Shown here one piece after another: positions 8,590-17,395 of a stretch of 34,702 bases of DNA. Below the pieces are notes generated by a model. That model saw only the letters and a program-made list of their open reading frames with translations. It ran no database searches and was not told the DNA's origin. Location of the stretch: positions 1-34,702 of the forward strand of contig CAZXKB010000029.1 of assembly GCA_964641285.1 (NCBI GenBank). Reading direction: 5' to 3'. A program made the position numbers and the translations under genes. The stretch is from an uncultured Gammaproteobacteria bacterium (lineage in GTDB: Bacteria; Patescibacteriota; Patescibacteriia; Patescibacteriales; CAZXKB01). Within the stretch, counting starts at the first letter, position 1. Each line of letters starts with the position of its first letter.

Positions 8590-9999
8590 ATGAAAAACAA
8601 ATTATTTATATTTTTACTCATTTTTGCTCTCATTTTAATTTCTGGATTTGGTTGTCAAATATCTGATAAAGCAACTCAAGAAGCCATGAAGCCAATTACT
8701 TTAAACTACTGGCGAGTATGGGACGGGCCTGATGATTTCGCAGAAATTATCGCCAACTATAATCAAATACACCCGAATATTACTATAAAATACCGCAAAC
8801 TCCGCTATGATGAATACGAACAAGAATTAATAGAGGCTTTCGCTACCGACCGCGGGCCTGATATATTTTCTATTCATAATACTTGGACAAGAAAATACCA
8901 GTCCAAAGGGCTAATTTCACCCATGCCTAATTCAATTACTATGGCTTACCCGGTAATTAAAGGTAAACTTAAAAAACAGATTATTTCCGAACTACAAACT
9001 ACCAAAAGCCTAACATTAAATAAACTAAAAACTGATTTTGTTGATGTGGTTTATGATGATGCGGTAATAAAAGTTATAGATGAAAAAACCGGCCAAACGA
9101 AAGAACAAATTTTCGGCTTACCCCTGTTTATTGATACCCTGGCTATGTATTATAATAAAGATTTATTTAACAACGCTGGTATTACCAGCCCGCCGCTTTA
9201 TTGGAATAGAGAATTTCAGCAAGATGTAAAAAAATTAACTAAGCAAAACAACAAGGGGCAACTGGAACAATCAGGCGTGGCATTAGGCGGCAGTGATAAT
9301 ATAGAACGTTCCAGCGATATCCTGTCAATATTAATGATGCAGAATGGCGCGGTTATGATGGATGATAATGGTATAGTAAAATTCCATCAAAGGCCGGAAA
9401 CTTTTCAGGATAAAAGCTATAATCCAGGACTGGATGCCCTGCGCTTCTATGCTGATTTCTCTAACCCAGCTAAAGAAGTATACAGTTGGAATAATACCTT
9501 GAAGAACTCTATGGATTTATTTGTTCGTAACAAATTAGCCATAATGTTCGGCTACGCATATATGCTACCACAAATTCTCAGTAATCCTAAATTGAATTTT
9601 GAAATTACAAAATTGCCGCAGATTGAAGGCAACCCTCAAAATATTAACTTTGCCAACTACTGGGTAGAAGTTGTCTCTAATAAAAGCCAATACATTCCTG
9701 AAGCCTGGGATTTTATCCAATTTATTACCAGGGCCGAACAGGCTAAAATTTATTTAGATAAAACGAAAAAGCCTACTGCCCTGCGCTCTTTAATAGAGGG
9801 GCAAATAGACGACCAGGATATAAGCACATTTGTGGAGCAGGTATTAACAGCTAAAAGCTGGTACAAAGGCAATGATGCTAATGCAGCTGAAGCCATTATG
9901 AAAGAAATAGTGGACAAAGTTGTCTCCGGCCAAGATGAGTTAGATGATATTATCAGTGTCGGCGCCAGAAAAGTACAACAAACAGTCTATAAAGAATAA
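8590..9999 (+). CDS. Extracellular solute-binding protein (ABC family 1 type), probable lipoprotein
   Basis: 469 aa. A signal peptide ends in SGFGC (lipobox-like). The body resembles a sugar-type SBP (NYWRVWDG..., PDIFSIHNTW, FGLPLFIDTLAMYYNKD). Confidence 0.7.
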   Translation: MKNKLFIFLLIFALILISGFGCQISDKATQEAMKPITLNYWRVWDGPDDFAEIIANYNQIHPNITIKYRKLRYDEYEQELIEAFATDRGPDIFSIHNTWTRKYQSKGLISPMPNSITMAYPVIKGKLKKQIISELQTTKSLTLNKLKTDFVDVVYDDAVIKVIDEKTGQTKEQIFGLPLFIDTLAMYYNKDLFNNAGITSPPLYWNREFQQDVKKLTKQNNKGQLEQSGVALGGSDNIERSSDILSILMMQNGAVMMDDNGIVKFHQRPETFQDKSYNPGLDALRFYADFSNPAKEVYSWNNTLKNSMDLFVRNKLAIMFGYAYMLPQILSNPKLNFEITKLPQIEGNPQNINFANYWVEVVSNKSQYIPEAWDFIQFITRAEQAKIYLDKTKKPTALRSLIEGQIDDQDISTFVEQVLTAKSWYKGNDANAAEAIMKEIVDKVVSGQDELDDIISVGARKVQQTVYKE

Positions 10000-10022
10000 T
10001 AAAAAAATTATCAATTTAAATT

Positions 10023-10481
10023 ATGTCTGTTATGCTAAGTAAAAAATTATTATTTTGCTATATTGTTATATTGTTTATTAGTTTTAGTCTTCTATTTATT
10101 AATTCTTGTTTTGCCCAAAAGTCAATTCTGGGATTGGAAAATGCTTGCAATTGCAATAATCTTACTAGCTCTTCTTCTGGCGAATGCCAAAAATATTGCA
10201 AAGGAGATTATGAATTAAATGATTTTGCGCAATTATTTGTTAACGTGGCTAAATGGATTTTAGGGATTTCCGGCTCTTTGGCCCTGCTGGCTTTTATCTA
10301 TGGCGGTATTATGTTTTTAGTTTCCGGGGGTAGTAGCGAAAGAGTGGCGAGCGCCAAACAAATAATTATTGGCGCGGTCATCGGTTTGATTATTGTTTTT
10401 ACCAGTTATATAATTATTGGCTTTATTTTTAAAGCCCTGGGACTAGAGGTGGATTGGTATAACTCTAATTGGTTCAACTAA
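10023..10481 (+). CDS. Small TrbC/VirB2-like (T4SS-pilin family) membrane protein with Cys-rich N-terminal segment
   Basis: 152 aa. It has a signal/TM segment, then CNCNN...GECQKYCKGDY. The characteristic two-TM hairpin follows: LALLAFIYGGIMFLVSGGSSERVASAKQIIIGAVIGLIIVFTSYIIIGFIF. Confidence 0.55.
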   Translation: MSVMLSKKLLFCYIVILFISFSLLFINSCFAQKSILGLENACNCNNLTSSSSGECQKYCKGDYELNDFAQLFVNVAKWILGISGSLALLAFIYGGIMFLVSGGSSERVASAKQIIIGAVIGLIIVFTSYIIIGFIFKALGLEVDWYNSNWFN

Positions 10482-10534
10482 TTAAATTCTTAAAATTAAA
10501 ACCAGAATTTCACCATAATAAAAATAATCTTAAT

Positions 10535-11215
10535 ATGATTACCTTTAAAACTAATAAAATCTCTTATGAATCTGATTATATCGGCCAACAGCTACGCCAG
10601 GCCAGGCAAAATAAAAATATCACTCTGGAGGAAGCGTCTAAAAAATTAAATATTAATATAAAATATTTAGAAGCTATAGAAAACGGCCAGCTAAATAAGT
10701 TGCCGACCGGAATTTATAAAAAAAATTTTTTGCGGGAATATACCCTATTTTTAAAAATAGACCCTGTAGAAATTTCGGAGTTGTATAACTCAAAAGCTAA
10801 AAACAAACAAGGAGAAAAAAATTTATTTACTAAAAAAATTCCTCATTTCTTTTACTTTTTAGCTATTCCAAAAATTATTAAAAATACTATCATATTATTC
10901 GTCGCTTTAATTTGCCTGGCTTATTTAATTTATGGCGTAAGCAATATTATCTCTCCGCCTAAATTGATAATTACTAATCCACCGGAAAATTTCACTACCC
11001 AAAAAAATACTATTAATATTTCCGGTCTAACTGAACCAGGAGCAGAAGTAATTATTAATGAAGAAATTATATCTATCAATACAGATGGATTTTTTACTAA
11101 AAAAATAAATTTGAAAAATGGCTTAAATACTATCTATATTACTTCTCAAAAGAAATATAGCCGAAAAAATGAAATTATTAAAAATATTTTAGTAAAAGAC
11201 GCCATAAACCAATAG
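10535..11215 (+). CDS. RodZ-like protein: Xre-type HTH domain, one TM, extracytoplasmic C-terminal domain
   Basis: The likely start is ATG 10535, because the track start at 10469 overlaps the upstream gene. Motifs are IGQQLRQARQNKNITLEEASKKLNINIKYLEAIENG, then TM ILFVALICLAYLIYGV, then a beta-rich C-terminus. Confidence 0.55.
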   Translation: MITFKTNKISYESDYIGQQLRQARQNKNITLEEASKKLNINIKYLEAIENGQLNKLPTGIYKKNFLREYTLFLKIDPVEISELYNSKAKNKQGEKNLFTKKIPHFFYFLAIPKIIKNTIILFVALICLAYLIYGVSNIISPPKLIITNPPENFTTQKNTINISGLTEPGAEVIINEEIISINTDGFFTKKINLKNGLNTIYITSQKKYSRKNEIIKNILVKDAINQ

Positions 11216-11356
11216 CAACAACTTAAAATTCCAAGGAATAAACATCCGTATTTGCTAAAAAATTTATAATGTTGCAATTTTTTATAAAATAGCTTAAGGT
11301 GTTTATAGACAAGGAGGCTTTTAACCTCTTTTATTATTAGTTATTATTTAAAAAAT

Positions 11357-12397
11357 ATGCCTCAAGACAATAAAAACAAAGGGGAGGAAAAGGAAATAAA
11401 TGAAAAATTTCAAGCAGCGGCGGCGGCTATGGAGCAAATTAAAAATAGATTTGGCGAAGGCGCCATAATGAAATTCGGCGAGGCTAAAAAAGCAAACGTG
11501 GATGCAGTCCCAACCGGTTGTTTGTCTCTTGATATTGCCCTTGGGATTGGCGGAGTGCCCAGAGGAAGAGTAATTGAAATTTTTGGACCCGAGGCATCAG
11601 GAAAAACAACTTTAGCCCAGCATATTGTGGCAGAGGTGCAAAAAATAGGCGGTATTGCCGCCTTTGTGGACGCCGAACATGCCCTTGATCCTGATTATGC
11701 TACTAAAATCGGGGTAAATATTAAAGATATGTTAATCTCCCAGCCAGATACCGGGGAACAATCGTTAGAAATAGTAGAAACTTTGGTCCGTTCTAACGCG
11801 GTTGATGTTGTTGTTATTGATAGTGTCGCTGCTTTGGTACCGCGAAAAGAAATTGAAGGAGAGATGGGCGACCAGCATATGGGCCTGCAAGCCCGGCTCA
11901 TGAGCCAAGCTTTAAGAAAATTAACCGGCATTGTCGCTAAAACTAAAACTGTAGTTATCTTTATCAACCAAACCCGCATGCGTATCGGTGTATTTTTTGG
12001 AAATCCAGAAACCACTACCGGCGGCACCGCTTTAAAATTTTATTCTTCGGTCAGAATTGAAGTCAGGCGATCAGCCCAAATTAAGCAAGCTGACAAAATT
12101 ATCGGCAACCGAGTTAAATGCAAAGTAGTTAAAAATAAAGTGGCGGCTCCATTTAAAACCTGCGAATTTGATATTATGTATAATGAAGGCATTTCCATTG
12201 CCGGTGATTTGCTTGATATCGGAGTCGTTTATAATATTATCAACAAATCAGGCAATTCGTATTCTATGGGAGATAATAAACTTGGAGTAGGTAGAGAAAA
12301 TGCAAAAAAATTTTTACGGGCAGATAAAAAATTAATGAAAGAAATTAGAAAAAAGATATTAAGCGAAGTAAAAGCGCGGGAAATGGAAGAATTGTAA
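11357..12397 (+). CDS. recA: Recombinase RecA
   Basis: 346 aa. Walker A is GPEASGKTT, and the protein is unmistakably RecA-like throughout ([33 protein letters not shown]). Confidence 0.97.
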   Translation: MPQDNKNKGEEKEINEKFQAAAAAMEQIKNRFGEGAIMKFGEAKKANVDAVPTGCLSLDIALGIGGVPRGRVIEIFGPEASGKTTLAQHIVAEVQKIGGIAAFVDAEHALDPDYATKIGVNIKDMLISQPDTGEQSLEIVETLVRSNAVDVVVIDSVAALVPRKEIEGEMGDQHMGLQARLMSQALRKLTGIVAKTKTVVIFINQTRMRIGVFFGNPETTTGGTALKFYSSVRIEVRRSAQIKQADKIIGNRVKCKVVKNKVAAPFKTCEFDIMYNEGISIAGDLLDIGVVYNIINKSGNSYSMGDNKLGVGRENAKKFLRADKKLMKEIRKKILSEVKAREMEEL

Positions 12398-12445
12398 ACA
12401 TACAAAAAAACGAAAATTAACAAATTAAATTAACAAAATAAAAAA

Positions 12446-12475
12446 GGCTCTTATGAATAAAGGGTCTTTTTATTA
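12446..12475 (+). terminator. Intrinsic terminator after recA
   Basis: Stem GGCTCTT (12446-12452) / AAGGGTC (12460-12466), in which two pairs are G-U wobbles valid only on the + strand. The loop is ATGAATA, followed by TTTTTATT. Confidence 0.5.
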
Positions 12476-12523
12476 TTCTCAAATTCTTTTTTCGTGTATT
12501 TTAGTATATTGTATGTATGCGGG

Positions 12524-13081
12524 CTATGCTCGCTCAACATACTCGCCCGTATCCGTATTAACTCTGATCATATCTCCCTCATTAACAAACAAAGGGGCGT
12601 TTATCTTGGCGCCGGTTTCTAGCTCCACCATCTTAGTGACACCGCCGGCAGAATTGCCCTTTACTCCTGGTGGCGCGCTTACTACCTTAAAATCTATTTT
12701 AACCGGCAGTTCAATAGCTATTGATTGACTATTAAAATACAACACATCAACATCTATGCCATCTTTTAAAAATTTTTGCTTTTCCCCAATCTTTTCAAGC
12801 GTTAGGCTAAACTGCTCATATGTTTCGCTATTCATAAAATGGGCATGGCTTTCATCTTTATACATAAAACTAGCCTTTTTTTTCTCAATGTCCGCCTCTT
12901 CGCATTTTTCACTTCCTTGAAAAGTTTTTTCTAAAATACTGCTATTAATCAAATTGCGCAACTTAGTTTTAAGCACTGCACCGCCACGAGCCATCTTATG
13001 ATGATCGGTTTTGATTACTAAATACGGTTCATTATTAATTTGAACAACCTTGCCTATTTTTATCTCATTAAAATTAAGCAT
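12524..13081 (-). CDS. efp: Elongation factor P
   Basis: 185 aa. MLNFNEIKIGKVVQINNEPYLVIKTDHHKMARGGAVLKTKLRNL... aligns position by position with EF-P, with an Arg at the loop tip. Confidence 0.95.
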   Translation of the reverse strand: MLNFNEIKIGKVVQINNEPYLVIKTDHHKMARGGAVLKTKLRNLINSSILEKTFQGSEKCEEADIEKKKASFMYKDESHAHFMNSETYEQFSLTLEKIGEKQKFLKDGIDVDVLYFNSQSIAIELPVKIDFKVVSAPPGVKGNSAGGVTKMVELETGAKINAPLFVNEGDMIRVNTDTGEYVERA

Positions 13082-13119
13082 AAAAATATAATACTAATCT
13101 ATTTAATTTATCAATCTAA

Positions 13120-13341
13120 TTATTTGTTCACAAAAGGCAGCAGGGCCATTATTCTAGCTCGCTTAATAGCAATAGCTAATTTCCGCTGGTGCCACGAACA
13201 AACACCAGTTCGTTTCCGGGGTAAAATCTTCATATGAGAATTAACAAACCGGCGAAGAGTCTGCGGATTCTTATAATCAATTTCTTTAATATTATTTATA
13301 CAAAAATAACATTGTTTTTCTTTTTTAATTGTGTCTGCCAT
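13120..13341 (-). CDS. rpsR: 30S ribosomal protein S18
   Basis: 73 aa. CYFC...IDYKN...LRRF...KILPRKRTGVCSWHQRKLAIAIKRARIMALLPF. Confidence 0.93.
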   Translation of the reverse strand: MADTIKKEKQCYFCINNIKEIDYKNPQTLRRFVNSHMKILPRKRTGVCSWHQRKLAIAIKRARIMALLPFVNK

Positions 13342-13626
13342 AAATTATTAAAAAATATTTATCTTGTATTTCCATGATTTTATATTATCCTTTTATAATA
13401 TTTAATCACTCAAAACATAAACAGCTAATTCAAAAATAATACGAACAAACTAATTAAACATAATAAAAATTTCATCAAATCCTTATATGATTCGCATAAA
13501 CTGTTCTGCTAGATGGGATAGTCCCGAGTCTATTCTTTGCATTATTTACATGTACCGAATTCGTAATACGGCATTCAATCCTACTTTCATTCGCATAGGC
13601 GACATTTGTAATGTCGCATCTAATAA

Positions 13627-14109
13627 CTAAAATGGTATATTCTCAACCTTGATTTCTTCTTCGTTTGGATTTACTTCTCCGGCCGACGACTCATTAACAT
13701 CATCCACTAATTCTGGTGAAGATTCCTGCTCCGCGGGTGAGGGTGGTTCTCCTTCGGGAGTAGATACTCCGGAAACACCGCCAGCCCGATCCAGCATAAT
13801 CATATTTTCGGTAATAATTTCCGTACGATAACGCTTCATCCCGTCCTGACCTACCCAGTCTCGTGTTTGTAAACGACCTTCAATATAAACTTTTGAGCCC
13901 CGGCGTAAATATTGCCCGCAAATTTCTGCTAATCTCCTCCAAGCAACTACATTATGAAATTCTACTCTCTCTTGCCGCTGTCCCGATTGGTCTGTCCAAA
14001 TTAAATTGGTGGCCACGGCGAAAGATGCAACTGCTACACCCGAAGGCGTATTTCTAACTTCTGGGTCTCGAGTTAAATTCCCGATAATCATAGCTTTGTT
14101 TAAGTTCAT
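13627..14109 (-). CDS. ssb: Single-stranded DNA-binding protein
   Basis: 160 aa. OB fold (MNLNKAMIIGNLTRDPEVR...FHNVVAWRRLAE), a disordered acidic tail, and a terminal ...ENIPF. Confidence 0.93.
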   Translation of the reverse strand: MNLNKAMIIGNLTRDPEVRNTPSGVAVASFAVATNLIWTDQSGQRQERVEFHNVVAWRRLAEICGQYLRRGSKVYIEGRLQTRDWVGQDGMKRYRTEIITENMIMLDRAGGVSGVSTPEGEPPSPAEQESSPELVDDVNESSAGEVNPNEEEIKVENIPF

Positions 14110-14239
14110 ACTCTTTTGCTGCCCTATAATTATCCATAAAAAAAATACGGATAACTACGAGTGCTAATAAATTAGTTAAAATAATACCAAAATTTAAACA
14201 AATTTCACTTAATAGTGGCAGAACCTCTGAATTTAAACA

Positions 14240-14713
14240 TTATAACAAATCATCGGTATCTAAAATCTTATCAAGTTTTTTATCCAAATCTTTTAAATCT
14301 ACTTTACCTTTAACCTTCTCTTCTTCTATTTTTTCTTTTTTCTTTGCTTTAATAGCAATTTTTTCAGATATTTCTCTTTCTTTTTTAATTTCCTCAAGCG
14401 TTTTAACTTTTTTAACCACCATCTGGTAGCGCAAAATATCCCTGGACATCTGTAAGACTCTGTTTATCTTCTCTATTTTATCTCCCTTAATATCAAACTC
14501 TACTAAATTATAATATCCATAGTTAAAATGCTTTATGGGATAAGCTAATCTTTTTTTTCCCCATTCCTCTGTTTTGGTAATATTGCCACTATTATCCTTT
14601 ATAATCCTATCCACTTTTTTGATAATGGGCTTTAATTCGTCTTCAGAATATTTATTGGAAATTATGTAAAGTAGTTCATAATGAGGAATCTCTACTTTTT
14701 TACTTTTTGACAT
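14240..14713 (-). CDS. rpsF: 30S ribosomal protein S6 with K/E-rich C-terminal extension
   Basis: 157 aa. HYELLYII...EEWGKKRLAYPI...GYYNLVEF is the S6 core, and the last ~55 aa are a lysine/glutamate-rich tail. Confidence 0.85.
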   Translation of the reverse strand: MSKSKKVEIPHYELLYIISNKYSEDELKPIIKKVDRIIKDNSGNITKTEEWGKKRLAYPIKHFNYGYYNLVEFDIKGDKIEKINRVLQMSRDILRYQMVVKKVKTLEEIKKEREISEKIAIKAKKKEKIEEEKVKGKVDLKDLDKKLDKILDTDDLL

Positions 14714-14815
14714 AATTTTATAACTATTAATTTAATTACTAAAAATAAAAATCTCTAATATTTTCAATTCGCCAATGGACAAATTATAAAACTGAGATTT
14801 TTATAAACATGTCTT

Positions 14816-14858
14816 TAATCCCAATTATTTCTCGGGATTACCCTAAAATATTTTTAGG
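14816..14858 (-). promoter_or_regulatory. Twin adjacent hairpins in the putative rpsF 5' leader
   Basis: TAATCCC (14816-14822) / GGGATTA (14834-14840), immediately followed by CCTAAAA (14842-14848) / TTTTAGG (14852-14858). They lie 100-145 nt upstream of the rpsF ATG (14713). Confidence 0.3.
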
Positions 14859-15058
14859 ATATGGAAAAGATATTATATTCAATTTTCCTTCCACAATAGC
14901 ACTCTAACACAAACTATAAGAAATTGCAAGATTTCAATATTTATGCTAATTTTTTAATATTAAATACAATTATAGCTTGCCTATATGCCCTTGTTTAATA
15001 ATAGATTAAGGCTTTACTTAGTAGAAAAAAACAGAGATAGGTATTAACAATATATTTT

Positions 15059-16246
15059 ATGACATATTTCTTTATTTTAGGCAGTAACCCTGCCCTATCA
15101 ATAGAAGAACTCTCGGTAGTCTTTAATTTAAGCTCATTAGAAAAAACGGTTTATGAATTGCTCCAGGCAAATGTTTTTATATTAACAACGGAACGAAAAT
15201 TTGATGCTGGCCAAATGATAAAAAAATTAGGTGGAACTATAAAAATTGGCAAAATTACTGCCATAGTTAAAAAAAATGAAAAAGAAAAAATACTGCCGGA
15301 AATAACTAAACTATTAAAGCCAAAAGCTAAAAAATTTAAATTCGGTTTTTCCTATTATGGACCAAAAAAATTTAATATCCAAAAATTAGCTATGGCTGTT
15401 AAAAAATTCCTGAGGGAAAAAGAAATTAGCTGCCGCTGGGTGACGAGCCGCGAAAAAAATCTCTCCAGTGTAGTTGTCGAACAAAATAAATTAACAACCC
15501 AGGGAATAGAAATTGCCTTAATAGAAAATAATAAGAATATATTAATCGGACAAACCCTAATCGTACAGCCATTTAAAGAATTATCATTCCGCGATTACGG
15601 CCGTCCGGCTAGAGACGACTACGCCGGCATGCTCCCGCCCAAGCTAGCGCAAATAATGATTAATCTGTCTGGCGCTAAACCAATAGACACCATCTTAGAT
15701 CCTTTTTGCGGCTCCGGTACTATCTTGACTGAAGCCATGTTGATGAATTATCAAAATTTAATCGGTTCAGATATTTCAACTAAAGCTATTAATGATACTA
15801 AAAAAAATATTGACTGGACAAAAAATAAGTTTCCAATTTCCAATTTTAAACTTCAACTACACAATGAAGATGTTGCCGGGTTGTCAAAATTTATATTGCC
15901 TAAATCTATTGGCGCTATAATTACCGAGCCCTATCTTGGCCCACCCAGAGGAAAAGTTAATATAAAACAAACCGTAAAAAAACTGGAAAACTTATATTCA
16001 GAATCTTTGGCTGAATTTAAAAAAATGCTAAAGACTAATGGACGAATAGTTATGGTTTGGCCAATTTTTCAACAATCCATCTTTCTATTCCCCGATCTAA
16101 ATGGTTTTGAAATTATTAGCCCAATACCACAAAATATAAAAAATAATAAACTTATTGAATTAACTGCTCGTAAAACAATCATTTACGGCCGGCCAGGCCA
16201 AAAAATTTGGCGGGAAATAGCAGTCTTGACAAAAAGCCAACTATAA
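15059..16246 (+). CDS. SAM-dependent RNA/DNA methyltransferase, Trm11/UPF0020-like
   Basis: 395 aa. SAM motif I is LDPFCGSGTILTEA, preceded by GMLPPKLAQIMINL. The motif IV-like sequence is ITEPYLGPP. An N-terminal non-catalytic domain of ~170 aa is present. Confidence 0.6.
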   Translation: MTYFFILGSNPALSIEELSVVFNLSSLEKTVYELLQANVFILTTERKFDAGQMIKKLGGTIKIGKITAIVKKNEKEKILPEITKLLKPKAKKFKFGFSYYGPKKFNIQKLAMAVKKFLREKEISCRWVTSREKNLSSVVVEQNKLTTQGIEIALIENNKNILIGQTLIVQPFKELSFRDYGRPARDDYAGMLPPKLAQIMINLSGAKPIDTILDPFCGSGTILTEAMLMNYQNLIGSDISTKAINDTKKNIDWTKNKFPISNFKLQLHNEDVAGLSKFILPKSIGAIITEPYLGPPRGKVNIKQTVKKLENLYSESLAEFKKMLKTNGRIVMVWPIFQQSIFLFPDLNGFEIISPIPQNIKNNKLIELTARKTIIYGRPGQKIWREIAVLTKSQL

Positions 16247-16350
16247 GATAAGTTAAATAAAATTAATTAGCATTCTGTACTTTTAAAACTAAAGGGGAAA
16301 TATTTTATTTTTTCAACAATTTTCTGAATTTATAGAAAAAGGAGAAAAAA

Positions 16351-17307
16351 ATGGAAAGCTCAGGAAAAACATTTGGAATTATTGTTTTGGGTTTGCTGGT
16401 TATTATTTTCGTCTTATTATTTAATAATAACCACCAAAAAACAAAGTTATTAATGCTTGAAGGGAAAAGGTCCCGGGTTAACGCCATGAATATTGCCGTG
16501 GTCACTCAGAACAAAAAATTAAAAAGAAATTTAACTGACAAAATACTAAGGCTAGAAAAAACAGAAGAAGAACTTAAGCAAATGACCAGGGATGCTGAAT
16601 CAAATACTGATACAGTTGAACTTCTTTCCTATGAAAATGAACAATTAAAAGGAAAGGTATCTATGCTAGAGAAGACTGCGGCAAGACAAAGAAGAGGCCT
16701 GGGGATTTTTGATGATCACTACAAAGAAAAAATTGCCGCATATATCCGGACTAACCAAAAACTAGCCCAAGATAAAGCAAGGCAAACAGTCATAATTGCT
16801 GATAAAGATAAAAAGCTGTATTATTGTATCCAGGCCAATGATAAACTCTTATCTGAAAACAGCAAACGGCAAATAATGATTACCAAGCTGGAAGACAAAC
16901 TGCGAAAGAATAATCCCTCTATCATAAAAAAAGCGCCTTTTACAATTCGTTTTGACTTAAACAGATGGGATATTTGTGGCCAGGAAAAGAAAAATCTTGA
17001 GCATGATGCTGAATGGCTATTAGAATATTGGAAATATGCCCTGGCAAATAACTTACAGTTTTGTATTATTGGCTACTGTTGCCAAAAGGGAACATCGACA
17101 TACAATTGGGGGGTGGTCGGCAGTAAACGGGCGCTAACCGTTGAGCGGGCTTTTATTAAGGCTCTAATAAATGACGGTGCCACTAAAGATGAAGTTAACA
17201 AACTTCTTCGCCCTTTATCGGCAGGCAAATACAGACCAGAACATAATAAGCCCTGTGATAACCGGAAAGTTGAAATATATTTACTCAAAAAACCAATCGG
17301 CAGTTGA
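16351..17307 (+). CDS. Membrane-anchored coiled-coil protein with divergent OmpA/MotB-like C-terminal domain
   Basis: 318 aa with an AAAGGAG RBS. It has an N-terminal TM (FGIIVLGLLVIIFVLLF) and ~180 aa of heptad-like K/E/L-rich sequence. The C-terminus is FTIRFDLNRWDI...FCIIGYCCQKGTSTYNWGVVGSKRALTVERAFI...DNRKVEIYL, following the OmpA_C pattern. Confidence 0.5.
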   Translation: MESSGKTFGIIVLGLLVIIFVLLFNNNHQKTKLLMLEGKRSRVNAMNIAVVTQNKKLKRNLTDKILRLEKTEEELKQMTRDAESNTDTVELLSYENEQLKGKVSMLEKTAARQRRGLGIFDDHYKEKIAAYIRTNQKLAQDKARQTVIIADKDKKLYYCIQANDKLLSENSKRQIMITKLEDKLRKNNPSIIKKAPFTIRFDLNRWDICGQEKKNLEHDAEWLLEYWKYALANNLQFCIIGYCCQKGTSTYNWGVVGSKRALTVERAFIKALINDGATKDEVNKLLRPLSAGKYRPEHNKPCDNRKVEIYLLKKPIGS

Positions 17308-17344
17308 AGCAGCTAAAAAAACCATAAAATTAAAGGAGTTGAAT

Positions 17345-17383
17345 AAAAAAATCGTTGTCACTTTTTAAGGACAACGATTTTTT
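17345..17383. terminator. Bidirectional intrinsic terminator between convergent genes
   Basis: AAAAAA-ATCGTTGTC (17351-17359), a 10-nt loop, then GACAACGAT (17370-17378)-TTTTT. The 9-bp stem is perfect and is flanked by A and T runs. Confidence 0.7.
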
Positions 17384-17395
17384 AATTAGTCTATT

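Noticed and set aside
10469-10534. Upstream start of the RodZ-like ORF
   Set aside because: It overlaps the end of the pilin-like gene and adds non-conserved residues. ATG 10535 precedes the HTH domain directly. The start choice remains uncertain.
14809-14907. 32-codon ORF (MSLIPIISRDYPKIFLGYGKDIIFNFPSTIAL) in the rpsF upstream region
   Set aside because: It has no Shine-Dalgarno, and it merely spans the twin hairpins. It is too short and featureless to support.
17305-17307. Possible UGA recoding (code 25/4), as in some candidate phyla
   Set aside because: The TGA here ends a complete OmpA-like domain. Read-through would add only 3 codons before a TAA. No conserved gene in the window requires an in-frame TGA.
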